From positions 1 through 64,000 of the forward strand of contig CBDAOC010000013.1 of the NCBI GenBank assembly GCA_965197925.1: a DNA stretch of 64,000 bases. The letters run 5' to 3'. This document shows, one piece after another, positions 1 to 9,634 of the stretch. Made by a program: the position numbers and the translations under genes. Every line of letters begins with the position of its first letter. Position 1 is the stretch's first letter. Origin of the DNA: Nitrososphaerales archaeon (GTDB lineage: Archaea > Thermoproteota > Nitrososphaeria > Nitrososphaerales > UBA213). The notes beneath the pieces are model-generated. The model was not told the origin of the DNA. It saw only the letters and a list, made by a program, of their open reading frames with translations, and did no database searches.

Positions 1-99
1 AAATCCGTGAGTTTGGGGTTCTGGTTTTTAGCTACTAGCAGCGAAAAGAAGCAATTGATATTGCTAAAAATAGCCGATATCAATCTAATATTAAAGTTA

Positions 100-966
100 T
101 TAAATAGTAAGGGCCCTTATTATGTCCGTTCTAGTAATAATACCAACCAGAGTACCTTTTAAATCAACTACTGGAAGGCCAGTTATCCTATTCCTTGTCA
201 TTATTTGTGCAGATTCAGCAAGATCAGAGTCGCTGTTAATTGTTATGGGATCAAACTTCATTAAATCCTTGGCGAGGAATATTGCACTTATGCCCGATGG
301 TATGATCATTTGGACTTCTTTATGTGAAGAGAAAACTTCTTTAATTGTCTCAGAGGTATCAGGACCAACTAGTGAACTCACAGGAAGTATATCACGCCCT
401 GTTATTATACCTACAGGTTTATGGCCTCTTACAACAACTACCCTCGATATATTATTGCTCGTCATTAATAATAGAACCATATGCGTATTTTCATCTGGTG
501 TTACTGTCAGGACTTTTTTAGTCATATAATCTCCTACCAAATTTTTTCCAGCATAATATTTTGCATAGACAGCCATCAAATCACTTTTAGTGAATACTCC
601 ATTCAGGTTGTTCTTACTATCGGTAACTACTAATGAGCTTATTTCCTTGTCTATCATCAACTTGGCGGATTTATTCAAATCAAATTGTTCTTTAACTGTC
701 ACTAGGTCTTTGCTCATCACCTCGTCTACTCTGATTTCGTCAAGACGCCTAGTAGCCGCAGTTCCATAAAGAAATCGTGCAATATCTTTCTCTGTAATGA
801 TTCCTACGGGTTTTCCTTTTTTTGTGATTATGATTCTACTTATGTCATATCTGAGCAAAGCATTACGTGCATCGTAAAGAGTTTTAGTAGGTTCAAGAGT
901 GATGGCTTTCCTTCGCGCGTCCTTCGCCTTCAGGCGCATATACTTTTTCATATTCTTGTTCTCCAT
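100..966 (-). CDS. CBS-domain protein (four CBS motifs, two Bateman modules)
   Basis: Repeated CBS motifs VGIITEKDI, GVFTKSDL, VGIITGRDI, VGIITRTDI. Confidence 0.9.
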   Translation of the reverse strand: MENKNMKKYMRLKAKDARRKAITLEPTKTLYDARNALLRYDISRIIITKKGKPVGIITEKDIARFLYGTAATRRLDEIRVDEVMSKDLVTVKEQFDLNKSAKLMIDKEISSLVVTDSKNNLNGVFTKSDLMAVYAKYYAGKNLVGDYMTKKVLTVTPDENTHMVLLLMTSNNISRVVVVRGHKPVGIITGRDILPVSSLVGPDTSETIKEVFSSHKEVQMIIPSGISAIFLAKDLMKFDPITINSDSDLAESAQIMTRNRITGLPVVDLKGTLVGIITRTDIIRALTI

Positions 967-1042
967 TCAATTTATTTAAGAAGTTTTCATTCTATACAAG
1001 ATATAGGAACTTTTTTTGTCCAACACAATTTTATAAAAAAAT

Positions 1043-1490
1043 CTACAAATTGGTCTCTTCGATCATCTTGAACCTTCCCATGGCAAGTAGAACATCATCT
1101 TTTTCGGTTTCCCTCTGCATTACCCGTGCAAGGTCTGTCGTGGTTACTATACCAAATAATGTGCCCTCTTCAATAATTGGCAGTCTTCATATCCCATACT
1201 TGTACATCACGTTGGCAGCACTAGATATTGTGGCTTCAGGCCCAACGCTTATTATGGGCTTGGATACGATATCGCTAACCTTGGTTGCAGAAGGACTTCT
1301 ATCTTCAGCTAAGACACGCCTTACCATGTCTCTTTCAGTAACTATTCCAATTGGTTTTCCACCCTCTACAACTACAAGAGAACCTCTGGCTCTTTCCTTC
1401 ATCACGTTCGCTGCAAAAGCCACCGTTAGCCCTCCTTCAATAGTGTCAACCGGAGTTTCTGTCATTATTTCTAACTCTTTTCCTTAACAT
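1043..1490 (-). pseudogene. CBS-pair protein, disrupted
   Basis: GIVTERDMV motif, then an in-frame TGA in KYGI*RLPIIEEGTLFGIVTTTDL; the reading continues to TAG at 1043; the 5' ATG at 1490 is out of frame. Confidence 0.8.
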
Positions 1491-1624
1491 GATATCACTT
1501 TCAAGCTTTCGTTATTTAAAAAGTAAACACGATTTCTAAAATTGGGAATCAACTTTGACAACTGAAAGTAACTATCATTGTGTTTATACATGGTAAGAAG
1601 TAATTTGTTGGGTATGAACTGTGG

Positions 1625-2345
1625 TTGGAGATAAGACTTTTAGAATCATTAGATACTGAAGAGCTAATTGTTTTGGTTGATTTGCCAGATGTTGGTTTGG
1701 TGGATACAATAACAGTATCATATATCATAGATAAAATGAAGATGAGGGAGTTAGGTAATATTGACTCCAATATTTCCAACCTTGATTATTGTCAAGGAAA
1801 CAGTACTCAAAAATATTTTTAGAATTTACGCCAAGGACAATATAATAGCAACCATTTCTGGTGTTCCCTTAATAGCATCTGTGTTGAATCAATTCTTCAG
1901 AACTCTTCTAGCATGGGTTCAAATACTTACTCCAAAGCCAATGATAGGCTTGTCCTGTACATACTGGATAAAGATAAACAACCCGGTAGTGGGAATAACA
2001 ACAACAAAGGGTATAGAGGTCCATCCTGACGAAGCAAATGTAAGCTTGCTTAGCGGGTGTTTTCTCTGGGATTTGGCCATGGCTTATCATAGAATGTACT
2101 AGACAAAATATTCCAAATCTCACATTAATCGTAGAATTCTATCTAAACTTCCCAGATACAACTTCCTGTTTAGAAACACCTTTCATTGTAAGCAAAATTC
2201 TTAACATTCGTATTAATTTTAAACAGTTAGAAGAGGAAAGCGAAAGAATAATGATATGTGTTCGAGAGCTGATACTACTTATCGAACAGTCAATAAAAAA
2301 TCTCAAATATTAAAGAAAGAAAAGATCCACACCATGTATAGGTGA
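1625..2345 (+). pseudogene. PAC2-family proteasome assembly chaperone, frameshifted
   Basis: LPDVGLV..I.V.YII..MKMRELG.IDS..FP then RIYAKDN spread over several frames; C-terminal ..MYR* resembles the HbYX tail. Confidence 0.75.
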
Positions 2346-2349
2346 TTTA

Positions 2350-2769
2350 TTGAGCAACGATAAAAGTTATCAAGAAAATGACCTTACATATATGACCAAT
2401 CACTGCGGATTATATGGATTTGTCAATATTCGAATTTCTTTATGCTCTAGAAAAAAGAGAATTGGTATCAATAACCGAATTAATTGAAAATGTTGATGAA
2501 TTGATAGTAAAATTCTATCCACCATGAGTTAGAAGAGGAGACATGAATCTAACGATTGAAGAAGATGTTCAAAAATAATGTACCTATAATGAATGGGTAT
2601 TGGTTAACACCCCCAATTCTACAAAGGAATTATGATTCAAAGAGTTCAGAAAGGTTATAAGGTTATGCTATGCAGTTGATGTCACAATGGCTAGGTTACA
2701 TTCAATAATGGTCTACTCGAGATTTGGTTGCCTAATGGGAGAAACCATAACGAGGTAAGCAGAGAATGA
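2350..2769 (+). pseudogene. Hsp20/alpha-crystallin small heat-shock protein, decayed
   Basis: Manual translation ELIENVDELIVKFYPP*VRRGDMNLTIEED...FKEFRKVIRL..AVD, then a frameshift to VTFNNGLLEIWLP (Hsp20 AxFxNGxLxIxLP motif); GGTGA RBS upstream. Confidence 0.7.
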
Positions 2770-2785
2770 TGTATATTATCAATAG

Positions 2786-3973
2786 GTGTTATCTAGAATG
2801 GTTATAAGAAGAATGGGTGACGCACTTTATAATTCTCTGAATAATCTACGTACCAAATCTGTCAAGAAAATAATCGAAGGATCTCTGGATGTAAAGGCAA
2901 CCAACTCGTTTTCTACAATTATAGGAATCTTAATGGAACAAGATGCATATGAGGCCTTTATTCCTGTATCAAACAAAGTTGCAAGTATAAACTTGAGGGA
3001 TATACTTGGGATCAGGAACATCACTTCTACAAAACCATCATTAATCGGCAAGTTAGTTCCAAGTTTAACCTATGAAAGTAATCTTGGATATGCCGCAAGG
3101 ATAATGAGCTCCTATGGGTTGAGGTCCCTTCCTGTAGTCCAAGACAGCAAGATCATTGGTCAGGTTAATGTAAAATCCATAGCTAAAAGTATCAAGGATA
3201 CGGGAATTAAAGTTGGTAAAGCCTCAGATATAATGACTCCAAATCCGATTGTGCTTAGAGCGAATGACAAGGCATCAAGTGGAAAAGGCATGATGATAAA
3301 GCATAAAATTGATCATCTTCCCGTTATGGAAGAGAAGAGGCTTGCAGGAATAGTCACTTCGTCTCACATGGTGAGAGCAACACTGCCATCTGAAAGGATA
3401 GGTAGAAGGTCTCTGGGGGTTGATAAAATAATCAGGCTAGATTTTCCTGTGATAAGCATAGCAGATCGGGATGTTATAACATCGAAACCTCAAGATACTC
3501 TGCAATCTGTTATAGGTTCGATTATAGATATGAATTCGACTTATTCCGTGGTCAAGGTATGGGACGAGATTCAGGGAATCATCACATACAGAGATATAGT
3601 TGCATTGCTGGCAGAGAGGATCGAAGAAGATATACCTTCTTTCATTGTTGGTTTGCCAGAAGATCCTTTCGATGCGGAGCTTGCCAAGACAAAATTCACT
3701 GGGCTAATCAAATTGTTAAGAAAAGTATCTCCAGATATAGAGGAGGCTAGATGTTCTATGAAAATAAGAAATATGCAGGGGCAGCGAAGAAGGTACGAGG
3801 TGGGTGTTAACATAATAACACCAACCAAACGGCATACTTATACCAACGCAGGATGGGATCTAGCAAAAATATTTGATGAGATTAGTGATGGTCTCAAGAA
3901 AAAGTTAGCTCATAGACCAACAAGAAAGAAAAGAAGCTCCGTAAGGTACAGAACAGATCATTACACAAGTTGA
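2786..3973 (+). CDS. Four-CBS protein with C-terminal HPF/RaiA-like domain (candidate archaeal ribosome hibernation factor, Hib-type)
   Basis: CBS motifs (LRSLPVV, IDHLPVM, IQGIITYRDIV) followed by a ~95-aa beta-alpha-beta-beta-beta-alpha-like domain (IVGLPED...YEVGVNII...AGWDLAKIFDEISDGLKKKL) and a basic tail. Confidence 0.75.
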   Translation: MLSRMVIRRMGDALYNSLNNLRTKSVKKIIEGSLDVKATNSFSTIIGILMEQDAYEAFIPVSNKVASINLRDILGIRNITSTKPSLIGKLVPSLTYESNLGYAARIMSSYGLRSLPVVQDSKIIGQVNVKSIAKSIKDTGIKVGKASDIMTPNPIVLRANDKASSGKGMMIKHKIDHLPVMEEKRLAGIVTSSHMVRATLPSERIGRRSLGVDKIIRLDFPVISIADRDVITSKPQDTLQSVIGSIIDMNSTYSVVKVWDEIQGIITYRDIVALLAERIEEDIPSFIVGLPEDPFDAELAKTKFTGLIKLLRKVSPDIEEARCSMKIRNMQGQRRRYEVGVNIITPTKRHTYTNAGWDLAKIFDEISDGLKKKLAHRPTRKKRSSVRYRTDHYTS

Positions 3974-4041
3974 ATATCATAGAATTATTCATTTGAATTC
4001 TAACACTACGGTCTTTTCATTGAATAGAGTTTAGAATCATA

Positions 4042-4173
4042 CTACATTGGATGGTTACTCAAGAAATCTCATTTGCATTCTTCCGAACAGAACACATATC
4101 CCTTGTAGAACACAGGTTACTGAATCTTCTTATCACATTTTAAACATCGTTTGATATATGTTTCATTTGCCAT
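4042..4173 (-). pseudogene. Small YHS/TRASH-like metal-binding protein with two in-frame stops
   Basis: MANETYIKRCLKCDKKIQ*PVFYKGYVFCSEECK*DFLSNHPM*: CxxC...FCSxxC pattern; GGTGA RBS. Confidence 0.65.
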
Positions 4174-5168
4174 TTCACCCATAATTCATCATTTCCATGT
4201 ACTCCTTGAAAGATATAATTTTAGTATACAATTTCCATTATTGATAACCAGTTATAGAAATCATCATTGTGTTGATATTAGAATAAGGTTTTTTATTGAG
4301 TGAATTTTCAAAATCAATAACCATGCAATTTGATATACATACATAATTCTCGTCACATTCTGAAAATAATAATACACCCAACATTAATTCTTGTGTAGAT
4401 TTCGGCAAAATGACTTCAAATTATTAAAGTGTTTTCTTGTGCAAATTACTAATGACGATGCCCTTTGGCACAGGCATGTAAAGATAAAGTGGGGGACGCT
4501 AGAGATAGTACACATACCTGTACCAGAGTGCCTCATTCTACCATCTATGAAATCATATATATTCAGTTTGTATTCATTGCAAGTGAGTGCATTACTAAAT
4601 TATTACAAACCACTCTCCGTAATCTTACTGATGTAATTCTGACTTGTAATAATGTTTAAAGGGCATATCAATTTGTTACAACCCAGAAATTCAACCGTTA
4701 AAATCTTCAATTTGAAGGATTAGGTAGATTCTTACAGAATGTTTTAGTAATTTTGACTCTACTGTATAAACACCATTTGGTCAACAACGGAATAGGATAT
4801 GCCATTGCCTTAACCATAATACATATCAAAACCTCGGCCTAATCCTATTTCATTCTTTATTATATCATAACGAAAATTCATTTTTGGATTTGTGATCATT
4901 TCATGATGCATCAACCTAGGAAAATAAAATAGTTTTTAGGAAAGGCGAAATGTTTGCTTATAGTATACTAATATCTTATCCGGTTATCTCATATAGATTT
5001 TGCATTGTAGATGTTTACTAGAAATGTGTGGGCAAAGTCATAATCAACCGAGTGAAAGTTTCGATAGTATGATTGCACGAAAATTAATTGGATTGATATT
5101 TAGTAGGATTGATATTGGTGACAGGGGACAACAAAGGATAGAAACTTCTATCATCGATATGTAGTAAA

Positions 5169-5609
5169 TTGAAAAAGGAAAGTACGTTTCTTACAAGAAT
5201 ACTCGTTCCTAAAGATGGATCAAAATGCTCTTTGGAAGCTGCATATCGGGCATTTGAACTTACAAAGAAGCATTCTGAAATAATAGCTTTGTATATCATA
5301 TTCATCCCCTCATCTCCCGGTTTATCAAGTTCAACCAAGAAAATTTACAGGCATGCTGAGAAAGAAGCTTGCAAGTGGCTAAACAGTTTGCAGAGAAAGG
5401 CTGAGGCTGAAGACGTGAAATTTAGAGCAGTGGCATTGAAATCAAAAGATTCTATTATCTTCCCAATAGCCGAGTTTGCAGCGAAGAATGATATCGATCT
5501 TATAATTCTAGGTACCAGTGGGAGGACACAATATAGAAAGACTCTATTGGGTAGTGTTGCAAGCGGGATAGCAAGCTATGCTCCTTGCTCTGTGATGGTG
5601 GTAGGGTGA
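5169..5609 (+). CDS. Universal stress protein (UspA family)
   Basis: RILVPKDGSKCS N-terminus; DLIILGTSGRT..LLGSVA..IA..APCSVMVV. Confidence 0.9.
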   Translation: MKKESTFLTRILVPKDGSKCSLEAAYRAFELTKKHSEIIALYIIFIPSSPGLSSSTKKIYRHAEKEACKWLNSLQRKAEAEDVKFRAVALKSKDSIIFPIAEFAAKNDIDLIILGTSGRTQYRKTLLGSVASGIASYAPCSVMVVG

Positions 5610-5631
5610 AGTTTAGTTGCCGCTTGATACT

Positions 5632-6509
5632 CAACTGATCCCAAAACTGATCATTTAGTGAATAATTGACGATCATTTGGATCTATTTGCAATGCTGCCC
5701 GTAGCAGATCATGAAATTTCAGGAGATAACAGGTGAACAATGGAAGATGATATCACCGCATCTCCCCAAGCCAGCCAGAACCGGAAGGCCAAGGGCAGAC
5801 GACAGAAAGACAGTCAACGGAATCCTGTTTGTCGGGATAACAGGATGCAGGTGGACTGGGATGTCACAAAGGTACGGCTCCAAATCAACTGCGCACCGCA
5901 GACTGCAGAACTGGCAGCGACGTGGAATATGGAAGAATATCCTCTCCGCTGCAGTCAAATCAGCCCACAGATCAGGCAAGATGCAGCTGCAAAAAACGGT
6001 CGATTCGTCATCAGTTCCGGCCAAAAAAGGGGAAGCGTCATAGGATACAACGGATTCAACAGGATTTCAGGCACAAAAATACACGTTGCGGTGGAACAAA
6101 ACGGACTGCCAGTCTCAGTAGTAATGTCCTGCAAATCAGCATGACTCTGCAAGATTTGTAGACGTGATGGATGGCATCTCACAATATCTGGATGAGAGAT
6201 CTATCAGAAAAATTGCGCGGTGCCAAGCAGACAAGGGCTATGATGCAGAATTCATCAGGAAATACCTCACCAAAAGAAAAATCTCTGACTGCATGCCTTA
6301 CAGAAAAAACAGTAAGACACAACAACAAAATGATAATACAGAACAATACCTATACGGCAAGACGCGCTATGTTGTGGAGAGATTCTTTGCCTGGTTGAAG
6401 AATGGGTTCCACAGAACCAGGATCAGATATGAGAAGAATGCACAAAACTATCTGGCATTTGTTATCATTTCGTCGATTATGATGTATTGGAGAGTATTGG
6501 GATGACTTC
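5632..6509 (+). mobile_element. IS5-family element (split orfA/orfB, IS427-like), probably inactive
   Basis: Imperfect TIRs CAACTGATCCCAAAAC / GTATTGGGATGACTTC; orfA 5711..6043 (TGRPR..D, TGCRW); A6G4 slippery site 6023-6032; orfB ADKGYD, RYVVERFFAWL; extra frameshift near 6125. Confidence 0.9.
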
Positions 6510-6750
6510 ACAGTTAGTCCCACATTATACAACTCTTCAGAAGTTTGCTGCTAGGATAGATGGCAACATACTTTACAGAATAATTTCTTCTTTCATACTA
6601 ACCAAGATTAGGAAATTGTTCGTAGCAATAGATGCTTTTGGATTCAGGTCGAGCAATGCATCGTCATACTATACGGATAGAACAAGAATAAGGAAAAAGT
6701 ACATCAAGCTATCGATAGGTACTGAAGTGAGAGAGCAGGTAACATGTTAA
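6510..6750 (+). pseudogene. Internal fragment of a second DDE transposase type (IS5/IS4-like)
   Basis: VPHYTTLQKFA...VAIDAFGF...ASSYY...YIKLSI, abutting the IS end at 6509. Confidence 0.75.
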
Positions 6751-6982
6751 TTGAAGACATCTTGATTACTTTGACAGGATAATCATCGAACTTGGCAAGA
6801 GATACGGAAAAGAAATTATTACTAACGATGGTTTGATAAAAATCAGAAATTACAAGAGGGAACTCGTCAATATAGACCCTGATCCAATTATTATACATCA
6901 ATCATATTTGGGATTGCGAAATGTCCTATTTGCTTTGATGCCTGAAATATGATCTTAAACGTTCTTATCTTATGCGCGGCTC

Positions 6983-8152
6983 GTGCATGTTATGAGAAGT
7001 CTTCAAACTATAGTGGAAGGTAACACTAAACTGGTTGTACCTGCAGATTCTCTTACCAGTAAAGTTCCTCCTAGAAATCCAGCATTTTTCAATCCAAATG
7101 CAAGATTAAGCAGGGATTTTTCAATCATTGCATACAAATCCTATGTCAAAAAGTTGAATGAAAAAAGCATGGCTGATGCACTTGCGGGAGTTTGTGCAAG
7201 AGGGGTTAGAACTGCTGTTGAGGTCAGGGAGCTTGATGAGATATACGTCAATGACGCAAACCCGATTGCCCTTGGGATGGGGAGGGAATCATGCAGGCTC
7301 AATAACGTTGAGAAACAGTGCAAGTTTAGTATGAATGAAGCGTGTAGGTTCCTCATCAGGCATTCTTCCAAAGGGTCCAGATTTGGAATAATTGATCTAG
7401 ATCCCTTTGGGACACCAGCACCATACATTGACTGTGCACTCAGAGCTCTGGACAATGAAGGACTTTTAAGCGTCACAGCTACAGATACTGCTGTTCTTTG
7501 CGGCATATACCCAAATGTATGCAAAAGAAGGTATTATGGTCGATCATTGAATGTTGAATATGGAAATGAAATTAGTTTGCGATTAATAGTGGGTCTAATA
7601 TCAATGATTGCCTCCAGACTTGAACTTGGAATCAAGCCTTTATTCGTTCACAGCAACAGAAATTACTTACGTGTTTATGCAAGAGTAAATATTGGCAGTA
7701 GGTATGCTGAAGCAATGCCAAGCAAGCTAGGATACATCTATCACTGCTTTTCCTGCAGCCATAGAGCTTATTCGTACAATACCGATAATAGTAAAATTTG
7801 TGAATCGTGTGAAAAAGAAATGAGGCATGCTGGCCAATTATGGATTGAGGATATGTTTGATAAAGATTTTATTGAACAAATGTTACAATATGTTGATAGT
7901 TGTAATATTGATAAAAAGTGCAGAAAATTGCTTTCAGTGGCTAAGGAAGAGATAAGTATGCCTCCCGCTTACTTTTCTGTAGACAAAGTTTCAGAAAGGG
8001 CAAGGTTAACTCCTCCTTCTATATCTGAAATCATAGACAGACTAAAAACTTCAGGTTTTTCAGCCGCGCGAACAAGTCTATGCTATACAGGCTTCAGGAC
8101 AGATGCAAAACATAATGAAATTCTAGATTTGTTCAGACAAATTGTAACCTAG
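6983..8152 (+). CDS. trm1: tRNA (guanine-26-N2)-dimethyltransferase
   Basis: FFNP...SRD, IDLDPFGTP, VTATDTAVLCG, CxxC..CxxC, GQLW, TGFRTDA motifs. Confidence 0.95.
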   Translation: MHVMRSLQTIVEGNTKLVVPADSLTSKVPPRNPAFFNPNARLSRDFSIIAYKSYVKKLNEKSMADALAGVCARGVRTAVEVRELDEIYVNDANPIALGMGRESCRLNNVEKQCKFSMNEACRFLIRHSSKGSRFGIIDLDPFGTPAPYIDCALRALDNEGLLSVTATDTAVLCGIYPNVCKRRYYGRSLNVEYGNEISLRLIVGLISMIASRLELGIKPLFVHSNRNYLRVYARVNIGSRYAEAMPSKLGYIYHCFSCSHRAYSYNTDNSKICESCEKEMRHAGQLWIEDMFDKDFIEQMLQYVDSCNIDKKCRKLLSVAKEEISMPPAYFSVDKVSERARLTPPSISEIIDRLKTSGFSAARTSLCYTGFRTDAKHNEILDLFRQIVT

Positions 8153-8728
8153 ACAAACGAGATAAATCTCACTACTAGCCTTCTTACTCGCTTTCGGTTT
8201 ATAAAGACGCACCTTGTTGAACTTTACCTTGAGAAAATCTCTCACTTCATTTAACATGGCGCCTTCAAACACCTTGAATACAGCATTACCATTTTTTGCA
8301 AGAATTGTGTCCATTACGGAGATTGCATTTTCTGTTAATGCTATTTGCCTAGTATGATCCAGCTGCCAGATTCCAGTAATATTTGGCGCTAGGTCTGATA
8401 ATACCAGATTTACTTTCGCTCCCATTGTTGACAGGATTTTTTGAGCCAATGAATTATCATCAACGCTTCCCTCGATAACCTCTACATTAGGCATTGGCAT
8501 AACAATACGTTTATCAACACCAAGGACCATTCCTTGTCCACCTACAAACCTTCTTGCAACTTGTAACCATCCACCGGGTGCACAGCCAAGATCCACAACG
8601 AGCATTCCTCTATTTATTATATGAAATGAATTATTAATTTCCATTAATTTAAATGCCGCTCTGCTTCTATACCCATGATCTTTAGCTAACCGTCTGTATA
8701 GGTCGTGTTTAGCCTCTTGCAGACGCAT
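8123..8728 (-). CDS. rlmE: 23S rRNA (uridine-2'-O)-methyltransferase RlmE/FtsJ
   Basis: GYRSRAAFKL, DLGCAPGGW, VLSDLAPNITG, KVFEG, KPKAS...SSEIY. Confidence 0.95.
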   Translation of the reverse strand: MRLQEAKHDLYRRLAKDHGYRSRAAFKLMEINNSFHIINRGMLVVDLGCAPGGWLQVARRFVGGQGMVLGVDKRIVMPMPNVEVIEGSVDDNSLAQKILSTMGAKVNLVLSDLAPNITGIWQLDHTRQIALTENAISVMDTILAKNGNAVFKVFEGAMLNEVRDFLKVKFNKVRLYKPKASKKASSEIYLVCLGYNLSEQI

Positions 8729-9128
8729 GTTTCTTACCGTCTACACTTACATTAATTAATTGTTCTGACCTACTGTTTTCATTTAATATCCAATTTTCAA
8801 TAAGCAAACATGTGTTGGGGCTTACAGTACCGTCGATCGAACACATATGTTCAACCGGGCACGTCAAGCAAGGAGCTTGTTCTATGCAATTAGTATCAAC
8901 AGGGAGTTTTATTGCTATTAGTTTGTAAGTCCATCTTCCATTTTCTAGAACCTTTTCACGCCTTATCAGTGACCTTCTTTCCAGCCTTATAGACATCCGA
9001 GAACCATCCCTGCTTGTCAGATTAAGTTTCTTCCATAATTCACTTTGATGGATGCCAGCCTTCCCATTCTCCGCAACCATTCGGAACACCTTTGTTGTCA
9101 AGTCCTCAATATAATCATCTTCACTCAA
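8709..9128 (-). CDS. Winged-helix plus Cys4 (Fe-S) protein, RPC34/RPC39-like TFE beta subunit
   Basis: GIHQSELWKKLNL.SRDGSR wHTH followed by PCLTCP...C......SPNTC..I..W. Confidence 0.75.
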   Translation of the reverse strand: MSEDDYIEDLTTKVFRMVAENGKAGIHQSELWKKLNLTSRDGSRMSIRLERRSLIRREKVLENGRWTYKLIAIKLPVDTNCIEQAPCLTCPVEHMCSIDGTVSPNTCLLIENWILNENSRSEQLINVSVDGKKHASARG

Positions 9129-9634
9129 AAGGAAACATAACTCCGCAGTTTGTAATACAATGTACCAGTAAATAATTGTTTACCTGTTCTATTTGTTGGT
9201 AGCTTTAGCCCAACCTAGTGGTCTAAAGGACCTCAAATTAATTAAAGAGATGAATATTCAGACTAATTTTATATTATCAGCGATTTACGAGCAAGCTCTT
9301 ACAATTTAGTTATTACAAGTGAAGATAATTACCTAAAAATACTGTTCTTAGTAATATAAAGAGTAATAACATTCAAGGGTAGTATAAGTACATAGAAATT
9401 TTGCAACTTTTTTATTGGTACAATATGTACAGATAAAAGAATTATATTATTTCTTCCACTTTAATGATCCATTTGGCAAAAGCGAAAGTTTTCAATTTTT
9501 TTAGAGATAAAGAATAATGTAACTACAATTTTGGGCATTTATATAGGTATATTTTATTTGATAAACTATCTCAAATCATTGATATTTACCATTATAAACT
9601 AGAAATTATCTATATAATCCTTATAGGAAGTCTA

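Noticed and set aside
1043..4173. Stop-codon recoding (Sec/Pyl) to explain in-frame TGA/TAG in CBS, YHS and htrA genes
   Set aside because: All three stop types and frameshifts co-occur, the stops are not at Cys-type catalytic sites, and intact genes end in TGA and TAG normally
4200..5100. Short ORFs 4391..4636 and 4465..4659 and a possible decayed minus-strand gene
   Set aside because: No recognisable family; cannot be supported without a search
9204..9229. Hairpin CTTTAG-CCCA...TGGT-CTAAAG in the AT-rich 9130..9630 spacer; possible origin
   Set aside because: Single short hairpin; no repeated ORB-like motifs or cdc6 gene nearby
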